A stretch of 63,649 nucleotides of DNA from Promethearchaeota archaeon (GCA_019057795.1 JAHLWS010000063.1:1-63649), one strand, 5' to 3'. Shown: positions 28,115 through 39,602, counted from the first letter of the stretch. Numbers and translations are program-made. Notes: generated from the letters alone by a model not told the origin.

Positions 28115-29251
28115 TTGGAGTATAATATGGCAATAGAAAGAATAGATTTATACAGAGAATTACAGAAGTATCTTGATAAGATGCCGGTTGGTTATCCAGC
28201 TACAGAATCTGGTATTGAAATTAAGATTTTGAAGCATCTCTTCACTCCCGAACAAGTCAAAATCGCACTGAAATTGAATTTTATGGCAGATCCGTTAAGA
28301 AAAATTTTTAGGAGATTGAAAAAAAGTGGTTTCTCTTTAGAAGAATTAGAGAGCAAACTAGACGATATGTATTTCAAGGGTTTAATTAATCGGGGGATTG
28401 TAAAAGAAGGAGAAACAGACGTTAAGTATTATGGTAGTGCTCCTTTAGTAGTAGGCATGTTTGAATATCAATTGAATAGATTAACACCTGAATTTTTTAA
28501 AGATGCTCATGAATACATAAAAAATACCTTTTTTAATGAAGAGTATAATAGTACGGGCATTCCTCAATTACGCGTGATCCCAATAGATCAGACTGTTAAT
28601 TATGAACAGTCAATTGCTCAATACGACGATTTAAAAGCAGTTATTGAAAATATCGGAGAACCAATTGCTGTTATGGAATGTATCTGTCGAAAGGGGGCGG
28701 ATCTCATAGGAGAAACATGTACCAAGACAAAATTGCGCGAATCATGCTTTTCATTTAGAAGTGCTGCTAGGAGTTTTATAGAAAAAGGTCTAGCTCGAGA
28801 GATTACGAAAGAAGAAGCATTTAAAATCTTAGAAAAAGCAGAAGAAGATGGATTAGTGCTTCAACCTGGAAATTCTCAGAGGCCAATGAGTATATGTACC
28901 TGTTGTGGTTGTTGTTGTGGAGTACTCACAGCCCAAAAACAACTACCTGAATTATCACATTTTTTCGCCACTAATTATTACGCTGAAGTGGATCCAGATC
29001 TATGTGTAGGGTGTGGAATTTGTGAAGATAGATGTAATTTGGATGCTATTAATATTGAAGACAATATCGCGCAAGTAGATAAAGGAAGGTGTATTGGCTG
29101 TGGAGTATGCGTTCCTACTTGTACCTCAGAAGCAATGAAGCTTATTAAGAAAGAAGAGGAAACACTTCCTCCAAAGAATACAGTGACAACCTACATGACA
29201 ATTATGGATAAAAAAGCAGAATTAGCCAGAGCTGAAAAAACTCTAATTTAA
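28115..29251 (+). CDS. Multi Fe-S cluster protein
   Basis: CICR, ICTCCGCCC, two CxxCxxCxxxC motifs. Confidence 0.85.
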   Translation: MEYNMAIERIDLYRELQKYLDKMPVGYPATESGIEIKILKHLFTPEQVKIALKLNFMADPLRKIFRRLKKSGFSLEELESKLDDMYFKGLINRGIVKEGETDVKYYGSAPLVVGMFEYQLNRLTPEFFKDAHEYIKNTFFNEEYNSTGIPQLRVIPIDQTVNYEQSIAQYDDLKAVIENIGEPIAVMECICRKGADLIGETCTKTKLRESCFSFRSAARSFIEKGLAREITKEEAFKILEKAEEDGLVLQPGNSQRPMSICTCCGCCCGVLTAQKQLPELSHFFATNYYAEVDPDLCVGCGICEDRCNLDAINIEDNIAQVDKGRCIGCGVCVPTCTSEAMKLIKKEEETLPPKNTVTTYMTIMDKKAELARAEKTLI

Positions 29252-29306
29252 TTATTATATTTTAATAGAACACAAAACAGTTTTATAAAATAATTCTTAA
29301 AATGGT

Positions 29307-30209
29307 TTGTTTAATATGCTAAATACTATAAAAAATTCTATAATAGAAATTGATATTGAAAATTGTACAGGATGTAAAGCGTGCGTTAAGGAATGCGTTG
29401 TTAGTTTGTTTTATTTTGAAGCAGGTTTACTCCAAATAGTGGATTCTTTTGAGGATTCTTGTATATTATGCGGTCACTGTGAAGCTGTATGTCCTGTTGA
29501 TGTAATTAGGTTACTATTTCATAAACAGGAGGTTTTAGCAGATAATTCAATAAAGGAAAAAGTTCCATCGTTTGATTCTTTTTTAAACCTTGCTTTAACC
29601 AGAAGGTCAATCCGGCAATTTAAGGATAAGGCAATCTCTAAAGATTTAATAGAAAAATTGTTAGAAATGGCTAGGTATTCTCCCACTGGAAGTAATTCAG
29701 AAAATGTTTACTATACTATAGTTCAAGATAAAAAAATTGTAACCGCTATATCAAATCACATAACGAAAAAAACAATTGGATTTGTCAAGGCGATTGAGAC
29801 CCCACAGGGGCGTGCTTTTTTGAAGGGGCGAATGTCTGAAGAAGAATTCAACCTTGCTGAAGAAAATCTTCCGACTACAAAAAGAATTCTAAAATCGATT
29901 GAACAAGGAATTGATTTTTGGTGTTGGAATGGAGAGTTAATCGTTATTCACGGGGATAAAGTCATAGGAGGAATACCAGAAAATTGTTCTCTAGCTGCTG
30001 CCCACATTATACTCGCTGCTGAAACCTTAGGGTTAGGAACATGCTCTTTAGGATATTTAACATTTCACATAAACCAATCTAAAACGATAAGAGAATTGAT
30101 AAAGATTCCGGAGGGTCATTTTGTAGGTTATTCTTTAACAATGGGGTACCCTAACGTAAAGTATAAAAGAATTCCCGCGCGAAAACCCTCAAGAATTCAG
30201 TGGCTCTAA
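29307..30209 (+). CDS. Ferredoxin-nitroreductase fusion
   Basis: Two 4Fe-4S motifs, RRSIRQF, SPTGSN, LGLGTC. Confidence 0.9.
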   Translation: MFNMLNTIKNSIIEIDIENCTGCKACVKECVVSLFYFEAGLLQIVDSFEDSCILCGHCEAVCPVDVIRLLFHKQEVLADNSIKEKVPSFDSFLNLALTRRSIRQFKDKAISKDLIEKLLEMARYSPTGSNSENVYYTIVQDKKIVTAISNHITKKTIGFVKAIETPQGRAFLKGRMSEEEFNLAEENLPTTKRILKSIEQGIDFWCWNGELIVIHGDKVIGGIPENCSLAAAHIILAAETLGLGTCSLGYLTFHINQSKTIRELIKIPEGHFVGYSLTMGYPNVKYKRIPARKPSRIQWL

Positions 30210-30618
30210 GGGTTTTTCTATTTTGTTTATTACTATATTCATCGATTATAAGCAATTTTTACACCAATACTTTTATTTCAGTATTATCTAAAATTTTTAA
30301 CAAATAAATTTAAAGCGAAAAAAAGTATGAGTTCAAGTTAAGTAAAATCTTCTAGTTCGATTTTAAATATTTTAATTATTGTATTTGGAGTGATTTTTCT
30401 ATTTAGAGCGGTAGTCGACCTATTAACTTTGTTTGGATTAATTTTAGGATGTCGTCTTATATTTAAAGACCTATTCTTATTATGAATGTTTATTCATTTG
30501 ATGTTTCAATCCCAAACTTTTATATATAACACAATTAAACTATTATTTAATAAAATTTAAATAATAAAAAAAAATATAACAAAAAAAAGAAAATTCCAAA
30601 ATTTAGAGGTTAAACATT

Positions 30619-31209
30619 ATGAGTGAAGAATTAAGCGAAGAAGCTTTTTGGAAAGGAATGATAAAGAAGCATTGGGTGGGCTTTTTAATATTATTGCTAG
30701 TTTGTGTAGGATTTTTTATCTGGTTTTTTACTATACTGTTAACTTATATTGCAAATTCTGATATTGGCGGTAATGGCCTGTGGACTCTTGATTATTTTTC
30801 AGTTGGAACATCTATATTATGGTTACTATCATTAATTGGATGGGAACTATTATTAGGATTCCTTCCATTTGGTGGAATATTTTGTCTTATTTTAGCAATA
30901 TATTGGTTTGTAATACTACCCGAAGAAGATAAAGAAGCAATTAAAGCGAGAGAAAGTAAAGATAAAAAAAAGAAACGTACAAAAGAAGGTGGTGGCGTTA
31001 GTTTCTTATTTACAATCGCATTTTTAATTGTAGTATTTATCGATGGTCAATGGTTAACTCCATTTGGTAGTCTTACGTATAGCTATTTGATCCAAGCTTA
31101 CCTTATTGGCTTTATTTGGGTGTGTATAATTGCGAGCATACCTGCAGTGATTCTTTTTCTTTACTGGGTTACAAAAGAAACCGACTGGGTTACAAAAAAA
31201 TCCGAATAA
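30619..31209 (+). CDS. Hypothetical membrane protein
   Basis: Four to five TM segments; SD-like GAGG upstream. Confidence 0.8.
   Translation: MSEELSEEAFWKGMIKKHWVGFLILLLVCVGFFIWFFTILLTYIANSDIGGNGLWTLDYFSVGTSILWLLSLIGWELLLGFLPFGGIFCLILAIYWFVILPEEDKEAIKARESKDKKKKRTKEGGGVSFLFTIAFLIVVFIDGQWLTPFGSLTYSYLIQAYLIGFIWVCIIASIPAVILFLYWVTKETDWVTKKSE
31163..31204 (+). repeat. 21-bp tandem duplication at the gene 3' end
   Basis: ACTGGGTTACAAAAGAAACCG / ACTGGGTTACAAAAAAATCCG, encoding WVTKETD / WVTKKSE. Confidence 0.9.
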
Positions 31210-31387
31210 ATCTACAAATTTTTTTTTTTATGTTTAAAAATTTAGAAAGAAAAAAACAGAAATATACTCTAAAAATTACTCTTTTGTTGGTTATAAATAC
31301 TTTAGAAATATTTTTTTGATAAATCTATCAAAGCAATCTATTGTTATAGATAGAAAGAGATATAGAAAAACTAAAATGTGATTAATT

Positions 31388-31540
31388 ATTGTAAGAAAAA
31401 CAACTAATGGAATGATGGATTGGTTTGGCTTGTTGCCGTTATCTACATTTGGAGACGGAAGGTGTTATATTGTTCCAGGTATGGGAAATACTGGAGTATT
31501 CGAAACAGATGAAGGTTGCGCACAACTTGGTGATGTATGA
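31388..31540 (+). pseudogene. Truncated duplicate of the alkyl sulfatase 5' end
   Basis: 31388-31517 aligns without gaps to 33122-33251; start is ATT instead of ATG; ends GCAQLGDV*. Confidence 0.9.
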
Positions 31541-31667
31541 TAAAATTATATTCTTTAATGTCGAAGAAAATATCGAGAGAAATAAATAATATCACCAGTG
31601 AAAATTATTATTTAATAAAAAAAACAATTTATTTATAGAAATTAAATTTAGAAATAATTGATTAATA

Positions 31668-32975
31668 ATGAGTAAAGAAAAAATAGTAGTGATTGGTGCC
31701 GGGTCTCTTCAATTTGGATTAGGTTCCGTGGGCAGTGTAATACATAGTGAAATTTTAGATGGTTCTACTATATGCCTTCACGATATAAACGAAGAAACTT
31801 TAGGTTTAGCAACTCAAGCATGTCAATCTGCTGTTGAGAGTGGTAAATTAAATTATACCGTTGAATCATCTTTAGATCGAAAAGAAGCCTTAAAAAACGC
31901 AACATTTGTTATCAACGCAATAGAAATACCTCCACGATTTAAACTCTTAAGGTGGGATTTTGAGTTTCCAATGATGTGGGGTAGTACGCAAATTACTGGT
32001 GAGAATGGTGGACCTGGAGGTTTCTTCCATTCATTGAGAGTGATACCTCCCATTTTAGACATTTGTGAGGATATTCAGAAGATTTGCCCTAATGCGTTTT
32101 TTATAAATTACTCCAATCCCATGAGTCGAATTTGTCTGGCAATAAAACGAAAATTTCCAAATCAAAAATTTGTAGGCTTATGCCACGAATTAGGAAATAA
32201 TGCCCCTCAAATCCTCCCAAAAATTCTTGATACGCCGATGTCAAATATTGAAATAAAAGCAGGAGGATTGAATCATTTTGGAGTTGTTCTAGAAGCAAAA
32301 TATCGCGATACTGGTAGAAACGCTTATCCAGATATTCGTCAGAAAGGTCCTGCAGTTTTAGGGAGATTAGCTGAAAAAACAGACCTTTCTCTAATTAAAT
32401 TCATTTTAGAAACATATGATTATTATGCATACACGACGGACAATCACTATGGGGAATACATGTCATGGGCGTGGGAAGTTGCAGACTTGCCCCATGGCCG
32501 TGAATTCTGGGAATCCTACGAAGTTATGTTGGCTAAAAGTTTTAATCGAATAAAAAGAACTATAGAACGCGGAAAAGGCGCTAAACTCGTGAGAGCTGAT
32601 GCTGAAAGAGCTATTCCTATTATTGAAGGCATAATAACTAATGGCAATCACGAAGAATCCTCGGTAAACATTCCTAATGATGGTATTATTATGAATCTTC
32701 CGCAAGACCTAGTAGTAGAATGCCCTGCTATCGTTAATAAAGATGGTCTTCACGGAGTACCGCTTGGAGACTATCCCAAAGGTCTAGCTGCGTTATTAAG
32801 AACTCAGGCCTCTGTTCAAGACCTTGTCGTCGAGGCAATTCTTACCAAATCAAAGAAAGTTGCTCTACAAGCGCTTCTTGCCGATCCCGTTATAAATAGC
32901 TCGTCGCAAGCAAAAAATATCTTCGAATCAATGTTAAAACTTCAAAAGAAATACATACAAATCGAGCTTGAATAA
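31668..32975 (+). CDS. GH4 NAD-dependent glycosidase (alpha-galactosidase/glucosidase-like)
   Basis: IGAGS, GENGGPGG, NYSNP, GLCH, GLNH, VVECP. Confidence 0.92.
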   Translation: MSKEKIVVIGAGSLQFGLGSVGSVIHSEILDGSTICLHDINEETLGLATQACQSAVESGKLNYTVESSLDRKEALKNATFVINAIEIPPRFKLLRWDFEFPMMWGSTQITGENGGPGGFFHSLRVIPPILDICEDIQKICPNAFFINYSNPMSRICLAIKRKFPNQKFVGLCHELGNNAPQILPKILDTPMSNIEIKAGGLNHFGVVLEAKYRDTGRNAYPDIRQKGPAVLGRLAEKTDLSLIKFILETYDYYAYTTDNHYGEYMSWAWEVADLPHGREFWESYEVMLAKSFNRIKRTIERGKGAKLVRADAERAIPIIEGIITNGNHEESSVNIPNDGIIMNLPQDLVVECPAIVNKDGLHGVPLGDYPKGLAALLRTQASVQDLVVEAILTKSKKVALQALLADPVINSSSQAKNIFESMLKLQKKYIQIELE

Positions 32976-33121
32976 TACAGAAAGAATAAGAATTGATTTT
33001 AAATAGAAAATAAATGTAATCATATTATAAAAAAACTATAACGAATCGAATACATAATATTTTTAAAAGTTAAAAATGAGAATAATATAAAAAAAATTAT
33101 GCTAAGAAGGAGGGGCAATTT

Positions 33122-34414
33122 ATGGTAAGAAAAACAACTGATGGAATGAGTGCTTGGTTTGGCATGTTTCCGTTATCTACATTTGGAGACGGAAGGTGTT
33201 ATATAGTCCCAGGTATGGGAAATACCGGAGTATTCGAAACAGATGAGGGTTTAGTTATTTTCGATGTGCCTATAAAACAGTACGCTCATAAAACTTTTAA
33301 CCAAATAAGGCAACTAACGAATAAACCTGTTAAATACATAATCTATTCGCATGGGCATTTTGATCACGCTTTTGGTTACGGTCCTTTTATAGAAGAGATA
33401 AAAAAGAAAGGTTGGGATATGCCTGAAGTAATTGCTCACGAAAACTGTATTAAGCGATTTGAGAAATATAGAACTCTCGATAAATATCACGATTGGATAA
33501 ATAAGCAACAATTTGCTTCAGTAAGGGGGAAGGAACAAGAGTCGCTCGTATCTGCCCACGAAACATTAGACCCAACAATTATTCTTAGGGGTAATGAGGA
33601 TTCGTATTCGTTTAAATTAGGAAAGGTCGATTTTGAGATTTACCACGATAAGGGGGAAACCGACGATTCAATTTGGTTGTGGGTGCCAGAAAAGAAGGCA
33701 ATTTGTTCCGGTGATTTGATGGTTTCGTCGTTTCCTAACATAGGGAATCCTTATAAAGTTCAGCGGTATCCTAAAGATTGGGCAATAGCTATGGAAAGAA
33801 TGCGAGATAAAAACGCAGAATATTTAGTTCCCGGCCATGGAAGGCTCATCGAAGGTAAAGAGAAAGTAAAAGACATTTTATCGATTACAGCAGAAGCTAT
33901 GAATTTTGTTCACGATGAAGTTGTCAAAAGATTAAACGAAGGAAAATGGTTCGAACAAATTTACTACGAAATGCTTGAAATCTTTCCAGAAAAGTTCAAA
34001 AAACACGATATTTTAAGACCCATTTATGGTTGTTATCGCTTCGCTATTCATGCCACTTACAGACTTTATCACGGGTGGTATAACAGTGGAAACCCTACCG
34101 ATCTTTTTCCAGCCAAAACGGATGATATCGCCCGAGAATTCTTAAAATTAAATAGCGAAGAAAAATACCTGGAACACGCTAAAAAGCTTTTTTCTGAAGG
34201 TAAAAGACAGCTTGCTTTACATGTTCTTGATATAGTTGTAAAGGGAACTGATGAGAAAAATGTAGAAACTCTAGTTGAAGCTTTAAAGTTAAAAGTTAAG
34301 ATATTAAAAGAAAAAGTAAAAAATGAGCCTTCTTTCATAGCAGGGAACATTATCGGTAATGCAGCTTATCAAATAAAAGAAAGATTGAAAGAATTGAAAA
34401 AAAATTTAAATTAA
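33122..34414 (+). CDS. Alkyl sulfatase-like metallo-beta-lactamase
   Basis: SHGHFDH, GETDD, FPNIGNP, PGHG, YHGWY..GNPTDL. Confidence 0.85.
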   Translation: MVRKTTDGMSAWFGMFPLSTFGDGRCYIVPGMGNTGVFETDEGLVIFDVPIKQYAHKTFNQIRQLTNKPVKYIIYSHGHFDHAFGYGPFIEEIKKKGWDMPEVIAHENCIKRFEKYRTLDKYHDWINKQQFASVRGKEQESLVSAHETLDPTIILRGNEDSYSFKLGKVDFEIYHDKGETDDSIWLWVPEKKAICSGDLMVSSFPNIGNPYKVQRYPKDWAIAMERMRDKNAEYLVPGHGRLIEGKEKVKDILSITAEAMNFVHDEVVKRLNEGKWFEQIYYEMLEIFPEKFKKHDILRPIYGCYRFAIHATYRLYHGWYNSGNPTDLFPAKTDDIAREFLKLNSEEKYLEHAKKLFSEGKRQLALHVLDIVVKGTDEKNVETLVEALKLKVKILKEKVKNEPSFIAGNIIGNAAYQIKERLKELKKNLN

Positions 34415-34434
34415 AAATTTTATTTTATATTATT

Positions 34435-35964
34435 TTAGGTACCAGCTATTCTTTTTGGATATCGAGTTTGTGCGTTGAGATTTTCGTGGAGTAGCTTGTT
34501 AACCAATTTAAATTTAACCCCGTTGTATTGTTCATCGTACCATAAGTTATTTAACTCGTCCAAATCATTTTTTCTGTCAAACAGATCTCCATAATCTCTA
34601 TGACCTTCGTATATCGTTAACTTAAATTCCTTTGTTATCAAATGTCTTAATCTCTCGTGTAGAGGCCCAACTTCCTCATCATTCTCAATATAACAACAAT
34701 CTCGTGGTTGGCCGGCAGAATTCTCAGGGTCTCTTAAAACAGCTGACATATCAAAGCCTTGCATATCTGGTGGTTGCTTTCTTTTTGATATCCCTAAGAT
34801 GTTTAGGAGCGTCTTTGGGTAGTCTATAGAGCTCATTAAAGCATCTGTTACCGCAGATTTTGTTATTCCAGGAACTCTCCAAATCATAGGAATACGAAAC
34901 ACGCCCATATACGCCGAGGGGCCTTTGAAAAGCATTCCATGTTCTCCCATTAAATCGCCATGGTCGCTAGTGTACACTACTATTGTATTATCAGCGTAAC
35001 CTAACTTCTCTAATGAGGCTAAAAGCTGTCCAATACTAGCGTCAAGTAGTGCTAAAGTACCGTATGTATAAGCAATGAAATTTCTAAGCTCATCTTCATT
35101 TGTCTCTCTTAACATCGCCCCAGGCATGACATTAATAAACGGTGCTAGATACGGGTGGTTCCTCAAATTCTCGAGATCCTTGAAACTTTTTGGCAATTCA
35201 ACATCTTCAGGCTTATAAATACTCCTATATCTTCCAGGGGGGAAAACAGGCTGATGAGGGTCGGGAAATGAACAATGTACATAGAACGGTTTATTCCCGT
35301 AATCTCCATTGGCGTGCCTTTCCAGAAAAGCGATAGTACGCTCAGTTACATAAGCGCTCGAATATAAGTCGACGGGTAATTCGTGTTCAGAAAACACAGA
35401 AAAGAAATTCTCAATTTTTTTCCATCTTTTCCGCATGTTCTCAGCTAGTCTTGGAGATCTTTCCTCCAACCAATCTAAATAATGACCCGCCAAGCAAGCT
35501 CCATGCCCTATCACGGTTTCCACTTCTTGGTATCCGTAGTAAGGAATAGGAAAATTTTCACGTACGGGATACCACCCTTCTTTTGGAAAAACCCAATCGT
35601 AAAAAGATTCAGCAGATTTATCGTTGATTCTATATGGAGCCGTGTTAAATTGATGATGCAATTTTCCAAAAGCTGCTGTATGCCAGCCTCTATCAACTAA
35701 TGTTTGAGTAATTGTTGGGACATCTTGAGAGAGAATCATACCGTTGCTTCTAACACCGTGTACATTAGGGTAATATCCCGTTAATAGTGTTGCTCTGTTT
35801 GGCATACACATGGGGTTTGTACAAAATGCGTTCGTAAATCGAACTCCTTCGCTTGCCAATCTATCCAAGTTCGGAGTTTTTAATAATTTGTTTCCAGAAC
35901 AACTCATGTGGTCATATCTATGCTGGTCGCTAATGATGAATAAAACATTCATTTTTTCTTTCAT
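34435..35964 (-). CDS. Cys-type sulfatase
   Basis: SDQHR, CMPNRATLLTG, GKLH, DPH, SDHG. Confidence 0.92.
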   Translation of the reverse strand: MKEKMNVLFIISDQHRYDHMSCSGNKLLKTPNLDRLASEGVRFTNAFCTNPMCMPNRATLLTGYYPNVHGVRSNGMILSQDVPTITQTLVDRGWHTAAFGKLHHQFNTAPYRINDKSAESFYDWVFPKEGWYPVRENFPIPYYGYQEVETVIGHGACLAGHYLDWLEERSPRLAENMRKRWKKIENFFSVFSEHELPVDLYSSAYVTERTIAFLERHANGDYGNKPFYVHCSFPDPHQPVFPPGRYRSIYKPEDVELPKSFKDLENLRNHPYLAPFINVMPGAMLRETNEDELRNFIAYTYGTLALLDASIGQLLASLEKLGYADNTIVVYTSDHGDLMGEHGMLFKGPSAYMGVFRIPMIWRVPGITKSAVTDALMSSIDYPKTLLNILGISKRKQPPDMQGFDMSAVLRDPENSAGQPRDCCYIENDEEVGPLHERLRHLITKEFKLTIYEGHRDYGDLFDRKNDLDELNNLWYDEQYNGVKFKLVNKLLHENLNAQTRYPKRIAGT

Positions 35965-36028
35965 TTTAAACCTAAATAAGATTTAAACTAAAGTTAATAT
36001 AAATCTAGTTACAAAAAAAAAAGTAACT

Positions 36029-37102
36029 TTATTCGCTGGAGTTTTTATCGAAAAGAACTTTTACGTTATCTTGGCTTAGATATAGTACGATTGTCAATGG
36101 ATACACAAAGAGGGTCATAAATATGCACATATACATGATGATATAGCGACTAATCTTTAATTTGAAAAACAGACCAATGGTCCCTAATAAACCTAGTGCT
36201 CCAAGGGCGATGAATATAATTCCTATTACAAAGAATGCTCCTTCGCTAAAATCGATTAATTGTTGAACTATATTGGGAGCTAAAATACCTAACGTTCCAA
36301 TAAGCAAGAAAAATAGCGTAACAATTCCCGAAAATCCTGCAACAATTTTTAATCCAATTTCGGGTTTTATCCGCGGTCTCTCCGGCGTAGGAGTGGGATG
36401 TTCATTGACATCCTTAGCGACATAAAAAAGTAGCATTAAAGGTATGAATATAAAGATTATTGTCATAAAGCTTACTCCAACATCAAATTCTCCACCAACT
36501 ACTCGCTCTCCAAAACTGAACACGATTAAAGTAGTTACGCCAATTAACGTAAAGAAAAATATTAAAATGTCCTTAAATTTTCGATCTACAATAAAGACCG
36601 CTAAGAGAGTAACCGTAACCAATACAACATAACCTATTAATTGCAATACTGGTATATCCAAATCAATTATAAAACCATAACGATTAATTTCTGGAAGTTT
36701 TGGCTCAAAAATAAATTCGAGAAATTTAAATTTTAGGTTATTTCTAAAGATAGCGTCAGACGCAGTATGGATCAATCCGCCAGAGACTAAAAGCAAGTAA
36801 GCATTCCTCCAAGATACATCTCTCTTACCGTCATCCACAAATTTGACAAAATTCTCGCTTCGTTTAACTGAAAATCGGGAGAAATAAGAAAAGAATAAGG
36901 CTAGTGGTAATGCCCATATAAGATATGGAATCATATAGTGAAAATCAACTGGTAAAAAACCAAACGGCTGAGCAGAGTCGGGACCGATCCAATTGGCTAG
37001 TATAAATATCGCTGCTACTTTATAATTAAATTTATCTTTGCAAAAGTATAGAATGGGTACCATTATGCCGAAGGCAATTATAAAATGTCCGATTTCTGGC
37101 AA
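36029..37102 (-). CDS. Membrane protein, possible YdjM-like metal-dependent hydrolase
   Basis: Multiple TM segments with H..PD..H..HxxxD spacing. Confidence 0.55.
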   Translation of the reverse strand: MPEIGHFIIAFGIMVPILYFCKDKFNYKVAAIFILANWIGPDSAQPFGFLPVDFHYMIPYLIWALPLALFFSYFSRFSVKRSENFVKFVDDGKRDVSWRNAYLLLVSGGLIHTASDAIFRNNLKFKFLEFIFEPKLPEINRYGFIIDLDIPVLQLIGYVVLVTVTLLAVFIVDRKFKDILIFFFTLIGVTTLIVFSFGERVVGGEFDVGVSFMTIIFIFIPLMLLFYVAKDVNEHPTPTPERPRIKPEIGLKIVAGFSGIVTLFFLLIGTLGILAPNIVQQLIDFSEGAFFVIGIIFIALGALGLLGTIGLFFKLKISRYIIMYMCIFMTLFVYPLTIVLYLSQDNVKVLFDKNSSE

Positions 37103-37227
37103 CTTCTTTACCTATCTTAGTTTTATTTGATTGATTTTATTTTAATTAAAAATTCTAATAAATTAATATAACTTATTTGTACATTTTTGAATATAAAACT
37201 ATTGCATTTAATTGTAGTTTGACTAAT

Positions 37228-38160
37228 TTAAGTTATAAAGTAAAAAATCAGCGCCAAGGCTCCTAATACGAAAATTACAAGTCCAACAGCCCGTCCCATT
37301 GTTTTAGCAGATAATTTTTGAATATATGTTGAGGCTATTATGCCAGATATAATCGAACCGATTGCTAGATAAAAAGAAAGTTCGAAATTAAAAAAGAATC
37401 GTCCTTTAATTGTAATGCCAAAAATTTGGTAAAATGAGAAAGTACATAAGCCAATTATTATGCTCAGAATTAGAGCTGTGCCAACCCCTTTTTTAAGTGG
37501 GTATCCGTAAAGTATAACTAACGCTAACACAAAAATTAGACCAGAACTCGCTCCAAATAATCCCGAATTTAAACCAACAAATATTCCAAAAAATATAGCT
37601 AATAGATAAAACAATCGCGAACCGCGCGTTATAAATCCTTGAATAGTATCTGTTTCAGAAGCTAACTGTTCTTCGATCTTTTTATTTAATTCGGCAAGTT
37701 CTTCTTCGCTTTTTCCTCTTTTTACAGTTTTGCGTGCCCAGTTCTGAGCCATTTTTTTAACTGATTCGTAAGTGGGAAAACCCCGCTTGAGAAATGTAAG
37801 CCCTAAAATCATAGTAAATATCGGAATGAACCATCCAAAAATGCTACCTAAAGGAGTTGTCATCAATGTAAAAACGCCTAAAAGGGATATAAATACGGCT
37901 ATAATTATTATTATGAAAATATCTACTCTAATTTTAAATTGTTTTTTCCTGAGATAGCCTATTGACACGGCAGCGGCTGTAATCAAATCATTTAACAGAT
38001 TTATTGCAATAGCTAAAAACACATCTCCAGTGAATAACAGAATAATAGGAAACACAATTCCCATACCCGTTTGACCAATAAAGCTTATACTGATTCCTAC
38101 AAGAGCACCTATAGATATTAACATTGCGATTTGATATATTTCCAAAGCTATTGTATTCAC
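37228..38160 (-). CDS. TauE/SafE sulfite-exporter-family permease
   Basis: Twofold repeat: GLFGASSG, KKGVGTAL. Confidence 0.8.
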   Translation of the reverse strand: MNTIALEIYQIAMLISIGALVGISISFIGQTGMGIVFPIILLFTGDVFLAIAINLLNDLITAAAVSIGYLRKKQFKIRVDIFIIIIIAVFISLLGVFTLMTTPLGSIFGWFIPIFTMILGLTFLKRGFPTYESVKKMAQNWARKTVKRGKSEEELAELNKKIEEQLASETDTIQGFITRGSRLFYLLAIFFGIFVGLNSGLFGASSGLIFVLALVILYGYPLKKGVGTALILSIIIGLCTFSFYQIFGITIKGRFFFNFELSFYLAIGSIISGIIASTYIQKLSAKTMGRAVGLVIFVLGALALIFYFIT

Positions 38161-38310
38161 ACCTTTTACTCTTTAATTTAAAAATAATTAAATAATAATT
38201 ATTGTTAAATTATGATATATTTATAACTATCGTTAATAGCTAAAAGCATACCTTTAAATCATTTAGCGTTAATTTTTTTATAATTAAAATTTATTGAAGA
38301 AGTAATAAAT

Positions 38311-39591
38311 ATGAATATAGAAATCTCAAAAGAAGATTCTGACTATATGTATAATCTTGTTCAAAGAATAGTTGACGAAGTTGGTCCTAGAATGCCCTGT
38401 AGCCCGCAAGAAGCTGAAGGAGCAAATATAATTAAGAGCGAGCTGGAAAAAAGTTGCGACGAGGTCGTTTTAGAACCCTTTGAATGCCATCCAAAAGCTT
38501 TTCTTGGGTGGATTAAAATGATTGTAATTATGGTCCCTATTTCTATGATACTCCATTTGCTTATGCTATTCGCTTCAGAAATGATATGGTTAATTATTTT
38601 TGCTGCAATCTCTTTTGTTTTGGTACTATTATCTTTATTGATCATGTGGGAAGAGTTTTTCAACTACAAAGAGTTTATCGATGTAATTTTCCGTAAAAAA
38701 TCGTCTCAAAATGTTGTTGGTAAATTTAAATCTAAAGGGGAAGTAAAAAAAATTATTATATTCTCGAGTCACATTGACTCTGCTTTACAATTCAATTTAC
38801 TTAAGGTTTTAAAATGGGGTTTTATTCCACTCGCTTTTGTTGCTATAATCATAATATTAATATGGTTAGTTCTTTCGGCTATATCTTTAACATTTATGGT
38901 TATTGGGTTCATTGGACTTAAGGCTATATTTTTTCCAACAGTTTTTTGGTTACTAATCGTTGGTAGTCCTTGCTTTATAGGCTTGTTTTTTTTCGTTCCA
39001 TTGGGAGAAAAAGGAAACGTTGTTCCAGGCTCAGTGGATAACCTTAGTAGTTGCTCAGTTATAGTGGGGCTTGGAAGATATCTCAAAACCCATAGAGATA
39101 TAATCCCGGAAAACACTGAAATTAGGTTGATTAGTTTTGGTAGTGAAGAGAGCGGATTACGAGGCTCCTACCGTTATGTTGCTGCTCACTTAGAAGAACT
39201 GAAAAAATTCGATGCTATGGTTTTTAATATGGACGGATTGGAAACACCGGATAAATTTTTAGTTATTGAGTACGAACCTACAACTCGAACTAAGCATTCA
39301 GAAGAGGTCGTTCAAAAAATATTAAAAGCTGCGGAAATGAACGACATTAAAGCTAAAAAATTTGGTGCAGGTAAATTAGAAAAGACGGTTGGTAAATTAA
39401 GCGGAGGCTCTGACGCTGCTGCTTTTTCAAAATCTAACATTAAAGCTGCATTTTTAAATTCGGCAGATTGGAAAACAAGGTCTAGCTATTATCACCAATC
39501 TACGGATACTCCTGACAAAATTAGGAAGGGAACTTTGGAGAACGCTTTGCGTATCTGTATAACTTTTATTTTAAATGAAAAAAATAAATAA
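38311..39591 (+). CDS. Membrane-bound M28 metallopeptidase
   Basis: SHIDS, DNLS, SEESGLRG, NMD, SD, YHQSTD. Confidence 0.9.
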   Translation: MNIEISKEDSDYMYNLVQRIVDEVGPRMPCSPQEAEGANIIKSELEKSCDEVVLEPFECHPKAFLGWIKMIVIMVPISMILHLLMLFASEMIWLIIFAAISFVLVLLSLLIMWEEFFNYKEFIDVIFRKKSSQNVVGKFKSKGEVKKIIIFSSHIDSALQFNLLKVLKWGFIPLAFVAIIIILIWLVLSAISLTFMVIGFIGLKAIFFPTVFWLLIVGSPCFIGLFFFVPLGEKGNVVPGSVDNLSSCSVIVGLGRYLKTHRDIIPENTEIRLISFGSEESGLRGSYRYVAAHLEELKKFDAMVFNMDGLETPDKFLVIEYEPTTRTKHSEEVVQKILKAAEMNDIKAKKFGAGKLEKTVGKLSGGSDAAAFSKSNIKAAFLNSADWKTRSSYYHQSTDTPDKIRKGTLENALRICITFILNEKNK

Positions 39592-39602
39592 TTGATCGAA
39601 AT

